Part shown: positions 21,944 through 34,424 of the stretch, piece after piece
How the letters are laid out: every line of letters begins with the position of its first letter
How positions within the stretch are numbered: position 1 is the first letter of the stretch
Assembly: GCA_031423995.1 (NCBI GenBank)
Contig: JANPGO010000011.1
Span: 1 to 50,908, forward strand
Source: Candidatus Altimarinota bacterium
GTDB lineage: Bacteria > Patescibacteriota > Gracilibacteria > BD1-5 > UBA2023
Length of the DNA: 50,908 nt
Direction of reading: 5' to 3'
Notes under the pieces: model-generated
Told to the model about the DNA's origin: nothing
Seen by the model: the letters and a program-made list of their open reading frames with translations, nothing else
Database searches by the model: none
Translations under genes and position numbers: made by a program

Positions 21944-22843
21944 TTAGTGCCCATACTTTCTATTCCAGGTTATCTGCCGTTTTGCATAGTTTCGCGAGTG
22001 TTGTTGTACGAGGCGGATAGACTCTTCGAGTGAGATACGTCACTCGAGGTGATCGACCACTTCCTTGTACCCGATCGTCGTGAGACCTGGGCAGGATGAA
22101 TTAAAATTATCTATAATGTATGACACTTCTTCGATAAGTCAAGAGGAAAACATTCCCTTGACCCGTGTATCGATACGGGAATAGAGCTCTGCCCGTTCAC
22201 TATCTGTATACGGTGTAAGAAACAGGGGGGAGAATCGTGGTGTTTTTCGGTTCTTTGACTCTCGTTTCGAATGACCTGTCGCACGAAATACCTCGAGTCC
22301 ACGCATCACATATCGATAATTCCCAACCTCGAGTTCATGAGCGTATTCAGGATCAATATCTTCGAGCATCTTCCAGAGAATTTCATTGCTTCATTCAGTG
22401 CGTATTTTTTCTAGCTCTTCTCGATATGCCCAATCAGGAGGTGTATCTGGGTACGCCATCTCATAGAGAATGCCATCTATGTAGAGCCCTGTCCCGCCAC
22501 AGATGATTGGGATTTTTCCTTTTTTCTGGATGGACTCGATATGTGGAAGAGCCCTATTCACGAAGTCAACGACTGAATATTTCTCACTGGGATCGATCAC
22601 ATCGAGCATATGATGTGGGATTCACTGCATCTCATCTGGACTCACTTTCCCTGTACCGATATCCATGTACCGATAGATCTGTCGGGAATCAGCAGAAATA
22701 ATCTCAGTTCCTAGGTATTTTGCTACTTCGATCGAGAGAGTGGTTTTTCCACAGGCGGTCGGACCATAGATGACGATGAGTGAAGGGAGTGTATGATGTG
22801 CACGAAGAAATTGCTCTATACGCTCTCGGAAGATTGAATTCAT
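21944..22843 (-). CDS. miaA: tRNA dimethylallyltransferase
   Basis: [10 protein letters not shown]-loop and [16 protein letters not shown]. The C-terminal TIGYKE...YAKRQITW is reached by reading through three TGAs that join ORFs 22622..22843, 22391..22609 and 22139..22369. Confidence 0.9.
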
Positions 22844-23988
22844 TGTTTTCTCTTGAGAGTATATGTACGGCGAATAGAGTCGATGTGATTATCAAGATCT
22901 TCTGCGAGGCTGATGAGGATGGACATCGTCGGAACTCAGACGAGGAGTCCTATGAGTCAGAAGAAATGTTCAGAGACTGAGAGGACGATAAAAGTCACGA
23001 AAACAGGGAAATGCATATAAGAAGAAACGATCTTTGGATTGAGGTAGTACGCCTCAAGTGCATGGATAATGAGGATCATTATGAGGATCCAGAAGACTAC
23101 AGAGAGACCCCCATAACTATATCCGATGATAATGATCGGAATGCCTGAGAGTATAGTTCCAAATACAGGAATGAAGCCAAAGATAAAGACGATCAAGCTC
23201 AAGGTGATGAGGTAGGGAAAGGCTCGTCATCAGATGATGAATCATATGAGAAGGAGTCCGATGGACGTGAGAATACTGTTGATCAGAGCTATGATAGACT
23301 GAGCTTGGAATATAATCCCAAAGCCATTACCCACCTTTCGAGCGAGGACCGCATATTCATCATAGAGGAAGGCGAAGTTCCCATCACGCATTTTCTTCAA
23401 GAAGGTTTCGATTTTTTTCCGTTCGATAATAAAAATATAGGAGAAGAGAAGCCCGAGAAAAAACTTCAAAAATATGACCCCGATATTCTTGATATTTTCC
23501 AGAGCAAATTTACCGGCAGATTCCATATTTGACTGGCTGAATATGTTCTTCGCCGTCTCTTGGAGTCAGAAATTCATCGTTGTCTTCTGTTCTATGTTGA
23601 TGATGAATTCTTGAACTTTTCCGGCGATGATTGGAGTCGTTTTAACGAAGTCCCCGAGATCTCCACCAATTCGTGGTACGATATTAGCGAATATGAGCGT
23701 GACGACAAGGATGAAGACTATATAGAGTACTGTGACGACGATATTGGTCGTCGCATATTTGGCTGCAAGCTTGTGTCTCGTATCTCGTTTCCCGTGCTCT
23801 CACCAATTATGTATTCGTGTCGCGATCGATTCCCCAGACTTCAGGAATATATAGGCACAGATGAAGATGATGAAGAAAAAGGCGAGAAAATCATAGAGAA
23901 AATAGACGATGAGTCCGAGGAGACAATAGGCGAGGAGCTTCTGGAAAAACTTCTCTGAGAAAATGAGGGGAAGTAATGTTTTGAACAT
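22816..23988 (-). CDS. AI-2E family (PerM-like) transporter
   Basis: Joins ORFs 23800..23988, 23242..23526 and 22957..23202; the whole frame was verified. A multi-pass membrane protein. TAG at 22816 lies inside miaA. Confidence 0.8.
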
Positions 23989-24089
23989 ACGCTATCAGAT
24001 GGTTACGAGTACCAAGACTTCAAATATTGTAGTGAATTGTTCCAAAAAGCAATCCTGTGTTTTTAGATGGATTCTTCTTTTCTGGTGAT

Positions 24090-25679
24090 CTAGAAAACTT
24101 CGTCGACGTTGAGAGTTCCTATACCAGCATCGAGACGACATTCGACTGTCCAGTCTCATCCGAAAAGTTTCGTGAGTCATTCACAGATAAGATTGCGTAC
24201 TTTTGGCGTATCGACTCGTCCATGATTCCAAGACTTTGAAAAAATGAGTGTCAGTTTCAGTCCATCTGTTTGGAATCGCGCCGTCTTCAGGTCTGTCATG
24301 AGGGGCAGATTGGTCTCACGAATGTGGTTGATTAAGGCAGGAAAAGAGAATGGTTGGGTAGTGGGGTGGTTGGGTAGTGGGGTGGAGGTAGAAGGAGTTT
24401 CGAGTTTTTGTCATTCTGAACTTATTTCAGAATCCAGTTTCTTTGAATCCTTCTGTACTTTTCATGAACCCATTTCCGTACTTTTGTAACCAAAAGTATC
24501 AAAAGTTTCGGGGGGCAAAAAACTCGCTCCTCCTCGCTCTGCTCATCGATTCTCAGTATTCGTCTTCGCTCAAACAGTTTCGCCCCCCGAACCCCCATAA
24601 GATTGTTTATCATCATCTTTCTTTGAGTTTTGCGATACTTTCGTATTTTCTGGTACAGCAATATTATTTTTATTTCCTCGCTTCACGATCTTCAGAAAGG
24701 TTATCTCAATGAGCATCATCCCATCAGGAATGGTACGGATCTTCGAGTGACCTTCCATGATGAACGTGAAGATGGAATGATACTCTCAGAAACGAGGATC
24801 ATCGATGTATTCGAACAGGAGGTCACGTAGACGATAGAGTATCTGCTCGAAAAGTCCACGAGCATCGATATGTCCACTTCGGAGCGTATCGAGGATTTTG
24901 AGAATTTTTGGTACGTCTTCGAGTCGAAATGCCTCAATAATAGTGTCCACCAGTGCATCATCGACGAGTGCGAGTGTATAGCGAACATGGTCTGATCGGA
25001 CTTCGCGATCGATGATATTCTGCTCGAGGAGCGTGAGCGCATCTCGGAGTCATCCTCGAGCAGCTTTCGCGATGATTCTCAATGCTTCGTCTTCTACAGT
25101 GATTCCCTCAGTTTGGGCAATATACTGCAGTCGAGCAATGATATCTGTTTCAGTGATCTTTCGGAAGTCGAATCTGAGCGATCTCGATCGTATTGTCTCG
25201 GGAACTTTCTCGATCTCCGTGGTGGCGAGGATGAACTTCACATGACTTGGTGGTTCTTCGAGGATCTTCAGGAGGGCATTGAAGGCTCCAGTCGAGAGCA
25301 TATGGACTTCATCGATGATATAGACTTTGTAGGTTCATTGATTGGGTTCGAATCGCGCCTTCTCGATGAGTTCACGGACGTTCTCGACGCCATTGTTCGA
25401 GGCCCCATCGATCTCGATACAGTCGAGCATCATCTCCTGATCGAAGGCGATACAGTTCGTACACTGATGGCAGGGATTTCCATTTTGGAGGTTCATACAA
25501 TTCACTCCCTCTGCGAGGATGCGAGCACTCGTCGTTTTTCCGGTTCCGCGTGAACCATGGAGGAGATAGGCATGTCCGACACGTCCGGTTTTGAGGCTAT
25601 TTCTGAGAATCGTTGTGATGTAGTCTTGCCCGATGACAGAGTCCCAGTCATGAGGTCGGTAGGTCGTATAGAGTGACAC
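24090..25679 (-). CDS. dnaX: DNA polymerase III subunit gamma/tau
   Basis: [21 protein letters not shown], a Cys cluster, IIDEVHMLS and SRSLRF motifs. The frame was followed through TGAs to TAG 24090 (529 aa). Confidence 0.85.
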
Positions 25680-25740
25680 GTTTGGTGGAGAGGGTGTAAA
25701 GTAGCTGAATTATAGAGAAAATAGAGAGAAATACAAAAAA

Positions 25741-25770
25741 ATCCCCTTTCGTTCGGAAAAGGGATTTTCA
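25741..25770 (-). terminator. Rho-independent terminator (minus strand)
   Basis: ATCCCTTTTC...GAAAGGGGAT stem followed by T7 on the minus strand, downstream of the lipoprotein gene. Confidence 0.55.
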
Positions 25771-25780
25771 TTTTTCTCAT

Positions 25781-26257
25781 CTATGGAATCGTGATGCTCT
25801 GGATCATGGTTTCACAGACTTTCTTCATCGCATCAATATTTTTTTCCTGGAGGGTACATGCGATCGTATAGAGATACTTATCTTTTCCTGACCATGCTTC
25901 TTTATGGAGGATTTTCCGCTTGCCGACGGTATTTGTATATTCGATGTAGCTCCCTCATGCATTCTTGAAGGCGATCGTTCCAGAGGTGTCGATTGCTCGT
26001 TGTTTCTTGTAGAGATTGATGAGATCTGTATCACTCTTGGTTGTATCGGCTCGATCCTGTCTCGATGCCACGATGATTGCCTGAGTATCCTTATTGGTGA
26101 AGAGAATTCCCATAGGTGTTTCCGTACCAATACTCCAGTCTTTCGGATACTGGATACTCCAACCATCTTTCGATGTGAAGGTAGAATTTGTCACGACTCC
26201 ACATGATACAAGGAAGAGTGAAAAAAGACTAATGAGAATGAGAAATGTATTTTTCAT
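25781..26257 (-). CDS. Lipoprotein (158 aa)
   Basis: Lipobox MKNTFLILISLFSLFLVSC. ORF 25955..26257 extends through one TGA to TAG 25781. Confidence 0.7.
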
Positions 26258-26281
26258 ATGAGGAATTTTAGAGAAATAACC

Positions 26282-26725
26282 CTACTTGTCAACCTGTTCG
26301 ACGGCATCATCGAGAAATTGATTCACAAAAGTTCTCGTGAGTATCATGAGTCCCATTCCAAGAAGGAGTGATGCCGCAGCACTGAGCATCTTCATATCAT
26401 CACCTGGAAAGAGGAAATGATCCGCGAGATTCCATATTCCACGCCAAAAGAGGATGATTCCTGCGCCAACGAGAAATGCTTCTGCTCGCTTTTCCCAGAT
26501 CTCAAGGAGGGTGTACCGACGTCGAAAGAGGTGAATATTGCGAATCTTCTTCACAAGACCTCTGACATGATCGATAAGAGTCGGAGTACTATAGAATCAA
26601 CTAAAAAATCCGCTCTCTTCGGGCATCGATTCATCGACTTGGCGCTTCATCCAGTTCTGAGCATGTGTGAGCTTTTTCTTGAGGCTTGCTATCTCCTCGA
26701 GGAGTTCATCTTCGCGTTTGGTCAT
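26282..26725 (-). CDS. Membrane protein with N-terminal coiled-coil (147 aa)
   Basis: ATG 26725 joins ORF 26282..26554 through one TGA. Two C-terminal TM segments. Confidence 0.6.
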
Positions 26726-26883
26726 AGAATTGTGATACTATCATTAGCCTATCATAACTCTGTTTTTTTTGCAAAAAATGATGAATTTTGTATATTGGAA
26801 GGAATCTTAGAGTGTTGGATTCGTAAGAGTCTTTATTATGCAGTCGAACATTCTAACACTCTCATATTCTAACATTCTCAATA

Positions 26884-28185
26884 ATGATCGATATCAAAAT
26901 TCTCCGTACCAATCCCGAACTCGTCCGAAAAGCGATTCACGATAAAGTGACCAAATGAGTCGATCTCGATGAAGTGATCCGTCTCGACCTCGCTCGCGTG
27001 TCTCTCGGGCAGGAGCTCGATGCTCTCAGGGCCCGACGTAATGATCTCTCGGCGAGCATGGGGAAAGGAAAACCTGAGCCTCATATTCTCGAAGAAGCGA
27101 AATCCATCAAAGAAAAAATCCAATCCCTCGAACCAGAATTTGAGAAAATAGAAGGAGAATTCCTCGCGCTCTACAAGAAAATCCCAAATATCCCAACAGC
27201 CGATACCCCGATCGGACTCACCGAAGAGGAGAATGTCGTCGTGAAACAGTGGGGCACTATTCGACAGTTCGACTTCCCAGTCCGGAATCATGCGGAGATC
27301 GCCGAGATCCGAGGCTGGATCGATAAGGAACGTGCCGCGAATGTGGCAGGATCTCGTTTCGCATACCTGAAGGGTGACCTCGTGAAGCTCCAATTCGCCC
27401 TCATCCAGTGGGTGATGGACACACTCGGGGATTCTGCTGTCCTCGACCAGGTGATCGCCGAAAACGGTCTCACAGTCTCGAATAAGCCATTCACTCCCGT
27501 CCTCCCTCCCTACATGATCAAGACCGCTCCCTATGATGCGATGGATCGCCTCGAGCCTCGTGAAGAACGATACAAAATAGAATGAGAAGATCTCTGGCTC
27601 CAGTGATCTGCTGAGCATGTCCTCGGATCGATGCATGCAGGAGAGATATTTGCAGAATCAGAAATGCCCGTCCGCTACCTCGGATATGCGACGAGCTTCC
27701 GTGGTGAGGCGGGAACCTATGGGAAAGATATGGAAGGGATTATCCGTATGCACCAGTTCGACAAGCTCGAGATGGAGTCATTCTCTATAGCTGAGACCTC
27801 ACATGATGAGCACCTTCTCTTTGCTGGACTTCAGGAGTATCTCATGCAAGCCCTCGAGATCCCGTATCAGAAGCTCCAGAAGTGTACCTTCGACATCGGG
27901 AAACCGAATGCAAAGGGTTCTGATATCGAGGCATGGCTTCCTGGACAGGATAAATACCGTGAGACTCACACTGCCGACTATATGACTGACTATCAGGCTC
28001 GTCGCCTCCAGACACGAGTTCGTCGGACTTCAGGCGATGTAGAACTCATACATACCAATGACGCGACCGCCTTCGCTTGTGGACGTGCTCTCGTAGCTAT
28101 TATGGAGAACTATCAGAATGCAGATGCGACGATCACTGTCCCGAAAGTGCTGAGGAATTATATAGGAGGGAAGGAGAGGATCTAA
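26884..28185 (+). CDS. serS: Seryl-tRNA synthetase
   Basis: N-terminal coiled-coil arm plus class II motifs (SAEHVLGSMH, FRGEAG..GKDMEGIIRMHQF, TNDATAFACGRAL). Three track ORFs are joined by TGAs in frame 1. Confidence 0.95.
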
Positions 28186-28202
28186 TAACCTAAAATTTGT
28201 TT

Positions 28203-28922
28203 ATGGGCTGAGATGAGCGAAATTTACCATGCTTTTGTGGTAAAATAAATCAAAAAACTTGAAATCCACTCAAAAGAAAAGACTGTTATTTTAAACCTGG
28301 CAACATAAATACTTGTTCTAGATTTCTTATAGATAATAAAAGTAAATTTGTTTTATGAATTCAACAACATCATGATTCTGTTATTTCAGAAGCTTCACTT
28401 CTAATCAATGAACTGAAAGATAGGTCAGAGTTTATCCGATCCAAATTTATATTAGTATTATCAGTACTAGATACATTTACAGATCTTTGGGCGTATTTCT
28501 CTGGTATAGAGAAAGAGTCTGAGTCTTTTGTCTGGAATGATTGGTTTGGTAGATTTATTTTTCAGGCAACTAATATTCGTTATAATAATTGGTCAGAAAA
28601 ATGTTGAATTAATAAAGTTGATTGAACTTATTTTTATAACCTTCGATGCTCATTAGTTCATTTTTATTGAGTTGATCCTAAAAGTAAGATTGTATTACTA
28701 AATGAATCTCCTAATATTTTACTGAATAGACTCAAGAAAGATTGATCTTACTGACTTGATCCGCAGGTTCTTCTGCTGATTATTATAGATGCTTCAAAGC
28801 TTATGCTTGATGAAATGAATAATAGGATAAAGTCTAATAATCTGGAATATTTATTATCTTTAAAGAAACTTTATTTTATGGTGAAAGAACGATGATGAAA
28901 TAGACTTGAAATTACCATTTAG
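28203..28922 (+). CDS. Hypothetical A+T-rich protein with an Rx4H (HEPN-like) motif (239 aa)
   Basis: Frame 3 was verified from ATG 28203 to TAG 28920 with eight TGAs. FYNLRCSLVHFYG is the only recognisable motif. Confidence 0.55.
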
Positions 28923-29006
28923 TTTATTACCTATTCTATTTTTTAAATATTTAAATTGAGCAAGTTAATTTTGACAAATATATAATTCATCGTACATCCA
29001 TATCTC

Positions 29007-30017
29007 ATGAACACGGTTGTTCGTCCACATTTTTCTGGAATTCTCGATCAATATGCTAGTCCGATTCTCGCTGCACGGAGTCGATCGCTTTTTGAAGTCG
29101 ATGCAGTAAAGGCACGACTTGCGAGAATCCATCCATGAGAACATGAGAGTTTGAAGAGAAGATATGATGATATGATTGCACGTTGACCTGATCGCTTTGA
29201 TGTCAAACCTACACGGATGCCTCATTTTGATGAATTTTCTGAAGAGGTTCCGAATTTCCAAGAGGTGATCATGGAGATAAGACGTAGACTTGCTCTAACA
29301 ATAGATTCGAAGGACTCTCTCGAACTTGAGCCTATACTCCTCCTCGGTCCACCAGGAATTGGGAAGACTCACTTCGTTCGTGAGATTGCGGAGCTCATTG
29401 GTACAGGATATTGATTCATCACTATGAGCTCGCTTAGTGCGGGATGGGTACTCTCGGGTGCGAGTAGTCAGTGGAAAGGCGCACGTCCAGGGAAAGTATT
29501 TGAGACGCTGGTCGATGGTGAGTATATCAACCCAGTTATGGTCATCGATGAGATCGATAAGGCAAGAGGTGGACATGCCTATGATCCACTCGGTGCTCTC
29601 TATAGTCTTCTCGAACATGATACAGCAGAGAGATTTATTGATGAATTTGCCGATGTGCCTATTGATGCCAGTCGAATGATCTGGTTTGCTACTGCGAATG
29701 ATGAGCGGAGTATTCCTGATCCTATACTGAGCCGTATGTATGCTTTTAATATTTGACTGACACGAGAACATGCTCGAGTTATTGCTGAACGACTTTACAA
29801 GAAGCTCATAAAACAGTATGATTGGGGGAAAAAATTCGAAAGAGAACCATTGGGAGATGCACTCGATGTACTTTCCCAGACTGCTCCCCGAGAGATGCGT
29901 CGAGCACTGAGGACTGCTTTCGGAAATGCTGCACTTGATAAGAGATGAAAGATAGAAGTTGCAGATTTACCAAAATCTCAATCTTGAAAAAAATGACTAC
30001 TCGGGTTTATAAATTAA
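29007..30017 (+). CDS. Lon-type AAA+ ATPase without a protease domain
   Basis: Walker A LLLGPPGIGKTH and Walker B VMVIDEIDK. DPLGALYSLLE..RFIDEF..PIDASRMIWFATAN..IPDPILSRM is colinear with the Lon AAA module. Ends at TAA 30015. Confidence 0.8.
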
Positions 30018-30093
30018 TAATATATAGTGTTATCATTTTGAGATCGTTTTTTCTCATATGTGGATATACTAGACTGAATTAGTTCTATATTTG

Positions 30094-31248
30094 ATGAACA
30101 TCCTGAGAAACATCTCCCTTCTTTCGTGGTTCAATTTCTGCCTCGATTTCCGTATCTACAATGCGATCGCGATTCTCTATTTCGCTCAGGTGACAGGCTC
30201 ATATGCACTCGCACTTGGGGTATTCTCTGTGTCCACGATCGCATCCTCCATATTCGAAGTACCGACAGGAGTATTCTCCGATAGGATCGGAAGGAGATGG
30301 ACGCTTCTCATCGGACAGATGAGCACGATCGGATCGATCTTCTTCTATGCACTCTGAGGGACTTGGATGATACTCATGATCGGTGCAGTGCTCGAGTGAC
30401 TCGCGAGATCACTCTACAGTGGGAACAACACCGCACTTCTCTATGATACGCTCCGAGAGCTCGGCAAGGAAGGTGAATACAGTCACTACGAATGACGAGT
30501 GAGCTCGATGTTCCAGTTCGCTCTCGCGATCTCAGCGCTCATCGGAACAGAGATGCTCGGATTCGCGTCATTCCAGATACTCTTCTTGCTCTCACTCATC
30601 CCACAGCTGATCGGTCTCGGTATCGGGCTTGCCCTGATCGAGCCCAGAACCCATGATACCAGGCAGGAAGCCAATATCTTCTCCCACCTCTCCGAAGCGA
30701 TCACGAGATTTCGTACCAATATGCGGCTCAGGAAACTGAGTCTTGCCTCGATCACGAGCTATGCTATCAATGAGCCAATTCATGACTTCTATCCGACCTT
30801 CATGGCAACACTCTGGCCTGCCTGGGCGATCCCACTCGCGAAGACGCTGAGTCATATGTTCGCGGCGACAGGATTTCGTATCGCGGGGAGAATAGTCGAG
30901 AAATACGGTGCAGATCGGACACTGAAGTGGGAGAATCGCATCAACTATATCGTCTCGACACTCATCATCGCCTTCCCGAGTATTGTGACTCCGCTCATCC
31001 GTTCGGTCACATCACTTGGCTTCGGTATTGGGACAGTTGCCGAGAAGTCACTCTTCCAGAGTGAGTTCTCGGATAGACAGCGTGCGACGATGGACTCACT
31101 CAATTCCCTCGCGGGGAATCTCGCCTATTCGATCTTCGCGACCCTCCTCTGACTCCTCGCGGATAGTGTCTGAATCTATACAGCCCTCCTCATCGCACAG
31201 ATCCTCTCGATCAGTGGAGTGATACTCTATTGACGAGTGTTGAGATAA
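30094..31248 (+). CDS. MFS transporter (paralog 2)
   Basis: FEVPTGVFSDRIGRR motif. ORFs 30091..30357 and 30499..31152 are joined in frame 1. Confidence 0.8.
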
Positions 31249-31337
31249 TCATATTATGAATTTTTCTACGAACATCATGTTGATCTCACGAATTCCTGTG
31301 TCGAAATAGGTTAAACGGATAATATTTACCTAACATA

Positions 31338-32504
31338 ATGCCTCTCCAAAGAATCAAATTCCTCTTCTCATTTTCAGGATTTCTTTCGGCTCTGTATTTC
31401 TCCATCCCGATCTGGATGGTATTCTTGACAGTAGAGCAACATTTCTCCGTCGAGACAGCGATCCAACTCTCGATGCTCGAATGACTCGTGATCGCCGTAT
31501 TCGAGGTGTGGAGTGGTTCATGGTCAGATCGATTCGGAAGGAGGAAGATATTTGCTCTCGGATGAATGTTTCAGATACTCGCGACGACAATCTATGTATT
31601 TGGGCATGGATTACCGATTTTTCTCTTCTCAGCTATCTGTGCTGGGATCGGTGGAGCGATGATGAGTGGGAATATCGAGGCTATCGTCCATGATCGACTC
31701 ACGAAGCTCGGAGATGAAGCTCAGTTCTCGAAGATGCAGAGTCAGAGCTATATGTGGCGTTTTATTGGGCGGACATTTGGAGCTATTGCGGGAGGATATC
31801 TCTTTTCTTTGAGTCCGATTTTTCCCTATATGGGGAATCTTGCTATTTTTACACTCTATACAACGACTATTTTTCTCTTTCCGAAAGACGAGCAGGAGAA
31901 ATCACACTCAAAGAGTGACTTCGAGCATATACGAATCGGGTTCTCTGATATCTGGATGAAGAAATCCATCTTCTATAAGCTATTACTTATCATCCTTGCT
32001 GCATCTGTCGGGAATATTTACTGGTTCACGTATCAAGAATATTTCCGCTTGTTGTGACTTCCTGTAGCGAGTTTCGGATGGTTCTATGCTCTGACATCTT
32101 CCATGAGTGCACTCTCTGCTTGGCTCTTATGACGATCGAGAGAGAAGGGTATTTCTGAGAGGATTTTGTTCAGGATCTTTCTCTTGTTTCTAGCTAGCTC
32201 ATCGGTGTTCTTGGCATTTTCTCATGAACTATGGAGTCTTGTCGGGATCGTGACTCTTTCATGTATGTCTGGATGGGTGATGACTCTTGGGAATACACTC
32301 ATCCTCGCTCATGTTGCCCCGACTCATAAGTCATTCGCCCTTTCTGCCTTTTCCTTTGCTCAAACAATGGGATATGTGATATGTACCTATACTGCAGGAT
32401 TTTTTATCGAACGATATGGTTTGTGACTTGTTTACTCTTTTCTCTCGGTGAGTATCCTTTCAGGTTTTATACTCTGGATAGTGTATTCATGGAGCCGAAA
32501 GTAG
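31338..32504 (+). CDS. MFS transporter (paralog 3)
   Basis: FEVWSGSWSDRFGRR motif. ORFs 31566..32057 and 32166..32426 are joined in frame 3 to TAG 32502. Confidence 0.8.
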
Positions 32505-32734
32505 AAATATAATTTTGTGGACTGTTCTTTCTTCGAAAACTCAATTCAACCTCATATTTTCCCCATTGAAATCCTCAATTTGTAATCTTTCCATTTACTT
32601 CAAAATAGATCTACATTTTTCAATAAAACCACATTTTTGACACGCTTTGTCTCCAGAGAAACTTTTTTGTCTTTGTTTTTTCTTTGCTATTGGAGAGTAT
32701 AAATCATAGAGTGGAGTTTCATTTACCACTCTTT

Positions 32735-33241
32735 ATGTTCATACGGACACTCATCATACTCAGTATTTTCATGCTTTCGGCATGTGTTTCGGATCCCAAT
32801 ACGTATCCGCCGAATACTACGACGACGGGTTCTCTCAATCAGACAGGAATCACGATCGATTCTGGAAGTCAGGATCATCAGCCACCACTTGTTGAGGATC
32901 TCTCGTGAAGTGGCAATATATACTATCCCATCTTCCAGGGACTTGAGACAAGAATAATCCCCGTCAAACATACGACTGGAGTGACGACAAAAATCTCCTT
33001 CATCAATTCAGTAGCAAAATCCATGCACGTGAATGTGAGTTTTCCTGGAACTGCGACAGGAAACCTCCGTCTCAGTCAGATTGTCATGCCAGATGGGAAT
33101 ATGGATGGACCTTTTGGGACTGATATGACCGTGAGTCTCGCGCAAATCGGTGGATATGAGCTCCGATTTTCAGAGAATCAGATGTCTGGAGATCGGTGGT
33201 CGGGGAATGCGATTATCACGATTAGCCTCACGGCAAAATAA
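32735..33241 (+). CDS. Lipoprotein (168 aa)
   Basis: Lipobox MFIRTLIILSIFMLSAC. ORFs 32684..32908 and 32981..33241 are joined through one TGA. Confidence 0.65.
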
Positions 33242-33389
33242 GATTTTTCTTCTCATAAGCTTATAGGTTTTTTCGTTGAGAATGATATGAGCCACATTTT
33301 TCGAGAAGAGTGAAGTCTGATTTCCCTCTTGAATTTGCATTCACACCTGATGAAGATATACTCTACGGGTTATTTTGTTATTTCTCTGT

Positions 33390-33776
33390 ATGAAAAAATC
33401 ACTCTCTCTCCTACTTCTCCTCGTATCACTCGGTCTCGGATGCTTCACCTATTCAGTAGAAACACTTGCTGCATCTGTTTCAGGAGAAGCACGTATAGTA
33501 GTTGATATGCCAGCTCCAAAAAGAGTCGTCAAGCCAATTCCAGCGACGAAATCTATCGTTCGAAAGCAGATTGCGAAGCTCAAGGCTGATCTCATGACAC
33601 TCAATCTCTCGATCAAAAGTATTGAGAAGAAGCTTGCCCTCTCGAAAAAGTGAGCAAAGAGTACCCTCATCCTTGAAGCACGTCTCACAACCCTTCGCGA
33701 TCAGAAGGTTCAGATACAATCAGAAATCGATAGTCTCCAGACCCAGCTTACTGAGATTCAAGCAGGTCAACAATAG
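33390..33776 (+). CDS. Secreted coiled-coil protein (128 aa)
   Basis: Signal peptide MKKSLSLLLLLVSLGLG followed by heptad-like K/L/Q-rich sequence, with one TGA read through. Confidence 0.6.
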
Positions 33777-33782
33777 ACTTAC

Positions 33783-34343
33783 TTATCTCTTGGTTCCTCA
33801 TCTTTCGAGATCGAGGAGCCATTTTTTGCGTTCGAGCCCTCAACCATATCCGATAAGGTCACCTGATGCACCGATCACACGATGACAGGGAATGATGATG
33901 ACTATGGGATTCTTATTATTCGCTCAGCCGATCGCGCGGACTGCCTTCGGGTTTCATGCGAGTATTGCTTCTTCCTTGTAGCTTCTTGTTTCACCGTATG
34001 GGATTTTCTGAAGAGCTTTCCATGACTGTAATTGGAAGTCTGTCCCTACGGGCTCATGGGTAAGAGTGAAGGATTTTCTCGTTCCAGCGAAGTATTCTCC
34101 GAGTTGGAGTTCGGTTTCTTTGAGGATCTTGTTGTTACCGTCATCGCGAAGCATGAAGCGATCAAGTCAGTAAACAGAATCCTTTTTTTGTCACTGGTTT
34201 GCCACGTCGCTATAGCTCCTCGCAATGTCGGAAATCTTTTTCTCGAGTCCTTTTGAATCTGCGAACTCGAGGAGGATGAGGCGTGTCTCACTCGCGACAG
34301 CGATGAGGTCACCGAGAGGGGAGGGGATAGTATGAGAGTGCAT
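33783..34343 (-). CDS. ogt: Methylated-DNA--protein-cysteine methyltransferase
   Basis: IPCHRVIG active site, YGETRSY, NP.AVRAIG. The frame was verified from ATG 34343 through TGAs to TAA 33783. Confidence 0.85.
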
Positions 34344-34396
34344 AAGAAATGAATAATATACACTGATAGTATCCAGAAATTATACTTTTGCGAATA

Positions 34397-34420
34397 AAAA
34401 CCTCCACAATTGTGGAGGTT
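34397..34420. terminator. Bidirectional hairpin terminator
   Basis: AACCTCCACA-AT-TGTGGAGGTT perfect palindrome flanked by an A-run. Confidence 0.6.
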
Positions 34421-34424
34421 CGAT

